From NCBI GenBank assembly GCA_963736895.1, contig CAVTQU010000008.1, positions 119,920 to 183,919 of the forward strand: a DNA stretch of 64,000 nucleotides, in the 5' to 3' direction. Under the pieces are notes generated by a model, which saw nothing but the letters and a program-made list of their open reading frames with translations, was not told the origin of the DNA and made no database searches. The stretch is from an uncultured Chloroflexia bacterium (lineage in GTDB: Bacteria; Chloroflexota; Limnocylindria; Limnocylindrales; CSP1-4). Below are positions 60,154-64,000 of the stretch, piece after piece. Both the position numbers and the translations under genes were made by a program. Numbering within the stretch: position 1 is the stretch's first letter; each line of letters begins with the position of its first letter.

Positions 60154-61358
60154 ATGACCACTGCAGTCCAGACAGCCACCGAGGTTCGGCCGTTCAGAGT
60201 CGACGTGCCTCAAGAGGCGCTTGACGACCTTCGCCGACGCATCGCCGCCACGCGATGGCCGAGCAAAGAGCTCGTGGCCGATCGGTCGCAGGGAGTTCAG
60301 CTGGAGACGCTGAAGGACCTCGCCGACTATTGGGCGAAAGACCACGATTGGCGTAGAACAGAAGCGAAGCTGAACGCCCTGCCGCAGTTCAAGACAGAGA
60401 TCGACGGGGTCGACATCCACTTCATCCACGTGAAGTCGGCGCATGAGAGCGCGCTGCCGCTGATCATGACCCACGGCTGGCCCGGCTCGGTAATCGAGCT
60501 CCTAGAGACCATCGGCCCGCTCACGGACCCTACGGCGCACGGCGGGAGCGCCGATGATGCCTTCCACCTGGTGTTGCCTTCTGTTCCAGGCTTCGGCTTC
60601 TCTGGCGAGCCCGCCGAGATCGGCTGGCACCCCGGCCGCGTCGCGGCAGCATGGGGAGAGCTGATGAGGCGCCTCGGCTACTCGAAATTCGTGGCACAGG
60701 GTGGCGACGTTGGCGCGTTCGTGACCGATCAGCTGGGTCGGCTGGCACCCGCCGGGCTCGCCGGCATCCACACCAACCTGCTGGTGACGATGCTCGGCGG
60801 CGGCGGGCCTCCGCCAACGGTGGACTCGGACGAGGAGCGCGTGGCCGTCCAAGCACTCACGACTTTTCGGAACACAGGTTTTGGCTACTTCGTGGAGCAG
60901 GCGACGCGGCCCCAGACGATTGGCTACGCACTGCTTGACTCACCGATTGCCCTTGCGGGCTGGATGCTCGACCACGACACGGACAGCTACGAAAAGATCA
61001 GCAGCGCCTTCGTGAAGGGCCAGCCAGCGGGCAACCTCACGCGGGAGCACATCGTCGACAACATCTCGCTCTATTGGTTAAGCGGGACCGGGCGTCGGCA
61101 GCACGGGCGTACTGGGAAAGTGGACGGATCCAGGCGCTGGCGGCCGCATCCGGACAGGCCCCGCCGCCGGTTTCGGTACCAGTGGGTTTCTCGACCTTCC
61201 CCGGCGAGATCTTCGCCGCACCACGCACGTGGGTCGAGAAGTCCTATCAGACCCTCACCTACTTCAACAAGGCTGAGCGAGGCGGCCATTTCGCCGCGTG
61301 GGAGGAGCCGGAGATCTTCTCGAGCGAGCTGCGGAACGCTTTCCGTTCGGTTCGCTAG
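60154..61358 (+). pseudogene. Epoxide hydrolase (alpha/beta-hydrolase fold with EH N-terminal domain), apparent 1-bp frameshift at about 61090
   Basis: N-terminal 310 aa in frame 60154.. (HGWPGS oxyanion motif; GGDVGA nucleophile elbow, a GGD-x-G variant). C-terminal 90 aa in frame 61074..61358 (AERGGHFAAWEEPEIF, catalytic His). A missing G in the GGG run at about 61093 (ACCGGGCGTCGG) separates them. Confidence 0.75.
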
Positions 61359-61375
61359 CGGGCTACCGCCGGGGA

Positions 61376-62167
61376 CTAGCCGCGCAACGTCCCCTGGCGC
61401 AGCACCGACAACATCCCGCTGGCCCCAAGGGGCTTGCTGAAGAAGAAACCCTGGCCGAAGCGGCAGCCAAGCTCGGCGAGCCGCCATGCCTGTTCGCGCG
61501 ACTCGACGCCCTTGGCGACGACCTCGACCCCGCGGTTGTCGGCGAGGTTGATCAGCGTGGTCGCGAACACCGACGCGTCGCTGGTCGCGGTGACGTCGCC
61601 GACGAATTCGCGTGCGAGCTTGACCTGGTCGACCGGCAACCGCTTGAGGTCGGCCAGCGAGGTCGCCATGCCGAAGTCGTCGAGTGCGATTCGGACACCG
61701 GACTCACGCAGCTCATTCAGTGCGGCGATCACGGCGGGGCCGTCCGCGTTTACACCGGTGGTGAGCTCGAGCGTGAGCAGTCGCGGCTCGAGACCCGCTG
61801 CCGAGAGCATCCCCAGGATCTCTGCGGCGATCCCCTTGTGGCGGAGCTGGGTCGGGACGATGTTGACGCTCACGAAGCCGGGCCGCTCGGCGGTGCGCGG
61901 CCAACCTGCCGCGGCACGACACGATTCGTCCAGGACGTACGAGCCGATCTGATCGATGAGCCCGGACTGCTCGGCCAGAGGCAGGAATTCGCTCGGCGCG
62001 ATGGTGCCGCGACGGGGGTGACGCCAACGGACGAGTGCCTCGGCGCCGGCAACCACACCACCACCGAGACGCACGATTGGCTGGAACTCGAGCCGAAACT
62101 CACCGCGGTCGATTCCGTTCTGGAGGTCGACCAGCAGGTCGTCGTCGGTGCCGCGCTGTCGGGCCAT
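61376..62167 (-). CDS. Stand-alone EAL-domain protein (c-di-GMP phosphodiesterase family)
   Basis: EALVRW, NIVPTQL, IALDDFG..., KLAREF, GQGFFFSKP motifs; 263 aa, no GGDEF or sensor domain. Confidence 0.8.
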   Translation of the reverse strand: MARQRGTDDDLLVDLQNGIDRGEFRLEFQPIVRLGGGVVAGAEALVRWRHPRRGTIAPSEFLPLAEQSGLIDQIGSYVLDESCRAAAGWPRTAERPGFVSVNIVPTQLRHKGIAAEILGMLSAAGLEPRLLTLELTTGVNADGPAVIAALNELRESGVRIALDDFGMATSLADLKRLPVDQVKLAREFVGDVTATSDASVFATTLINLADNRGVEVVAKGVESREQAWRLAELGCRFGQGFFFSKPLGASGMLSVLRQGTLRG

Positions 62168-62196
62168 GGCTACACCATAACTTGACGAACAGGGCT

Positions 62197-62885
62197 CTAC
62201 GGGCTGGTTGCGCTATCGGCGAGCTCCCGCGCTCGTCGGAAGATGTCCACGAACATGTCCCGCGTCAGCCGTCCCGTGAACGTGTTCTGCTGACTCGGGT
62301 GGAACGTTCCAAGCAGGGTGTAACGGCCAACATGAGATTCAGCGCCGTGTCCGAAACGCGGCTTGGGGCGCCCGTCCGTGCCGATCCCCTGCGCCGCGAG
62401 GGCACGAAGCGCGCCATCCCACGCATACGCGCCGAGGCAGACCAGCACGTGAGCGTTCGTGAGTGCGCGCAGCTCGCGGACCACGAAGGGCAGGCAGTTG
62501 TCGCGCTCAGCCGGTGTGGGGCGATTGGCCGGCGGGGCGCACCTGTTCACAGCGGTTACATAGAGATCCGTGAGGCGCAGCCCGTCGCCCACGTGCGTTG
62601 AGCTGGGCTGGTTCGCGAACCCGGTTTCGTGGAGAACCGGGAACAGGAAGTCGCCCGATCGATCACCGGTGAAGACGCGGCCCGTTCTGTTGCCGCCATG
62701 CGCGGCCGGCGCCAGGCCAACGACCACTACGCGTGCTCGCGGATCACCGAAGCCGGGAACGGGGCGCGCCCAATATTTCTGGCCGGCAAAACGCGCCGGT
62801 GGATTGCGCGCGGCTTCCTCACGCCACGCAACGAGGCGCGGGCATTTCACACATTCGACGATCTCGGCGTTGATCCGCTCGAGAT
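62197..62885 (-). CDS. Uracil-DNA glycosylase superfamily protein, family 4/5 type (UDGb-like GLAPA motif, Fe-S Cys)
   Basis: ECVKCPRL...VVVVGLAPAAHGGNRTGRVFTGDRSGDFL...TAVNRCAPP...LGTFHPSQQN. Start about 62885 (LNLERINAEI); the ORF-track N-terminal extension (R/G-rich) is not coding. Confidence 0.7.
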
Positions 62886-64000
62886 TCAACGAACGGCGCC
62901 GCCGGTCACCCCCGCCAGAAGGCTGGCCAGCTGGGCATGATGCTCCGTGGTCCGGAAATCGTGCATCGGTTGCGAGGAAAGAAGCGTCTCGACCGCAGGC
63001 TTTCCCTCTTCGCGCACGTAGACGGCCGGATGTATGTCGCCCGTATCGTCGGTCTCGACGGCAATGGCAACCGCGGCGGGTCCCTCCATGTCGACGAAGT
63101 CGGCCAGCGGCACGATGCCCTCGTCCAGGATGCCCGCACTGGCATCGAGTGAGAACGCACGGGCGAGATACGACTTTTGGTTCCACAGCTCGGGCGCGCG
63201 TGTCGCCTCCTCGAGGAGCGCGTCGACGAGCTTGCCCGGCGCGACCGACGCCTTCGGCTGTTCGATGCCGAAATGCTTGCGCGCAACGTAGAAGACCATC
63301 GTCCGTGCGTTGTAGCGGGCGCCATGAACGGCGCCGGAATTGGCGGGCAGGCCGTATTTCTTCATGCCCGAGACGCCCTGGCCGATGGTGCCCGCGAAGT
63401 AGATGCCGGGCACGCTGGCGCTCTCCCAGTAGTTGGTCATCGACGGCAGCTGGCTGCGCCCGAACACCGCCACACCCAGGTCAGGCAAATCGAGCAGCGG
63501 GCACACGAATCCGGTCGCCGCGATCACCTCGTCGGCATCGACCGACAGCTCCAGCCCGCCCTCCGAGCGGGTCGCCAGGATCCGATAGGCCTTGCCCAGG
63601 CGGTCGATGCGGTTGATCGACGCGTTGAGCATGAAGACGCCGCCGCCCAGGATCTGGTCCTCCACCGGCTGGATGTAGCGGGCCCGAACGCCGAGCAGCG
63701 AATGCGTGTTGACCGACAGCTTCGCCGGACGAGGCGAGCACAGGACGATGCGCTGCGCCCACTGGAGGAGCCCTGTGGCCAGCTCGAAGCCGGAGTTCTC
63801 CTTGCCCACGATGAACAGGCGCTTGCCGGCATAGCTCTCCGGGTCGCGCGTGTCGACGTAATGGGCGACGTTCTCGAAACCTGGCGTGTCCGGAAGGTAT
63901 GGCTCGGCGACGCCGATCGCGAAGATCGCCACCTGACAGCGGTACTCGCCGTCGCTCGTCTGGAGCACGAACTTCTCGCCGTCGCGCCGCGTCGGCTTCC
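62886..64000 (-). CDS. FAD/NAD(P)-binding oxidoreductase (flavin-monooxygenase / pyridine-nucleotide-disulfide oxidoreductase-like); 5' end lies beyond the window
   Basis: Second dinucleotide-binding motif RLFIVGKENSGFELA, ATGF region. The frame stays open to the window edge. Confidence 0.55.
   Translation of the reverse strand, partial: KPTRRDGEKFVLQTSDGEYRCQVAIFAIGVAEPYLPDTPGFENVAHYVDTRDPESYAGKRLFIVGKENSGFELATGLLQWAQRIVLCSPRPAKLSVNTHSLLGVRARYIQPVEDQILGGGVFMLNASINRIDRLGKAYRILATRSEGGLELSVDADEVIAATGFVCPLLDLPDLGVAVFGRSQLPSMTNYWESASVPGIYFAGTIGQGVSGMKKYGLPANSGAVHGARYNARTMVFYVARKHFGIEQPKASVAPGKLVDALLEEATRAPELWNQKSYLARAFSLDASAGILDEGIVPLADFVDMEGPAAVAIAVETDDTGDIHPAVYVREEGKPAVETLLSSQPMHDFRTTEHHAQLASLLAGVTGGAVR

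Noticed and set aside
59830-60474. 214-aa minus-strand ORF covering tRNA-Arg and the start of the epoxide hydrolase gene
   Set aside because: Overlaps a tRNA gene on the other strand and the well-supported epoxide hydrolase N-terminus; Arg-rich composition.
62570-63616. 348-aa plus-strand ORF antisense to the UDG and flavoprotein genes
   Set aside because: R/P/S-rich nonsense composition; conserved proteins are encoded on the opposite strand.

Overview
High-GC (~68%) bacterial chromosomal window. F420-type luciferase-like oxidoreductase, MMPL transporter and ECF sigma modules point to Actinobacteria or a similar high-GC lineage; this is a guess from gene content. It is densely packed with roughly 70 genes, mostly housekeeping or metabolic, and has two tRNAs (Asp-GTC on the minus strand, Arg-CCG on the plus strand). 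Gene blocks in order: (1) GH4 6-phospho-glycosidase, dGTPase, ASCH protein, SAM-methyltransferase, aspartase/fumarase; (2) an envelope-signalling block with two tandem paralogous lipoproteins, small secreted proteins and two adjacent ECF sigma / anti-sigma modules whose anti-sigma factors carry TolB-like beta-propeller domains; (3) aldehyde dehydrogenase, GNAT, GT87-like membrane glycosyltransferase, purE, a MerB-like lyase; (4) a nucleoside-salvage block with MTA/SAH nucleosidase, IUNH nucleoside hydrolase and a complete ECF-type transporter (S, T, A, A'); (5) one long minus-strand sulfur-trafficking operon: Rrf2 regulator, sufC, sufS, sufU, rhodanese-E1 (MoeZ-like), cysO sulfur carrier, cysM, mec (JAMM). 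No sufB or sufD is present; (6) DinB, nitroreductase, F420-type LLM, PduO adenosyltransferase, SufT-like protein, DarA/PstA c-di-AMP receptor, beta-lactamase-fold hydrolase; (7) a secreted-protease cluster with two tandem metzincins and an S41 peptidase lipoprotein next to a MarR regulator; (8) kamA lysine 2,3-aminomutase, OsmC, and a 1132-aa MMPL transporter fused in frame to a CrtC/AttH-like lipocalin domain, followed by DUF202, CapA, cupredoxin, threonine aldolase, DUF885, a HisA-like protein, cyclophilin, epoxide hydrolase, an EAL phosphodiesterase, a family 4/5 UDG and a partial flavoprotein. No CRISPR array, prophage, integrase or recognisable defence system was seen. Two caveats apply throughout. 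First, at least ten genes carry single-base frameshifts, almost all at short homopolymer runs. This looks like indel sequencing error rather than real pseudogenes, but neither can be proven from sequence alone. Second, the ORF track translates GTG/TTG starts as M, so several start coordinates below are approximate.
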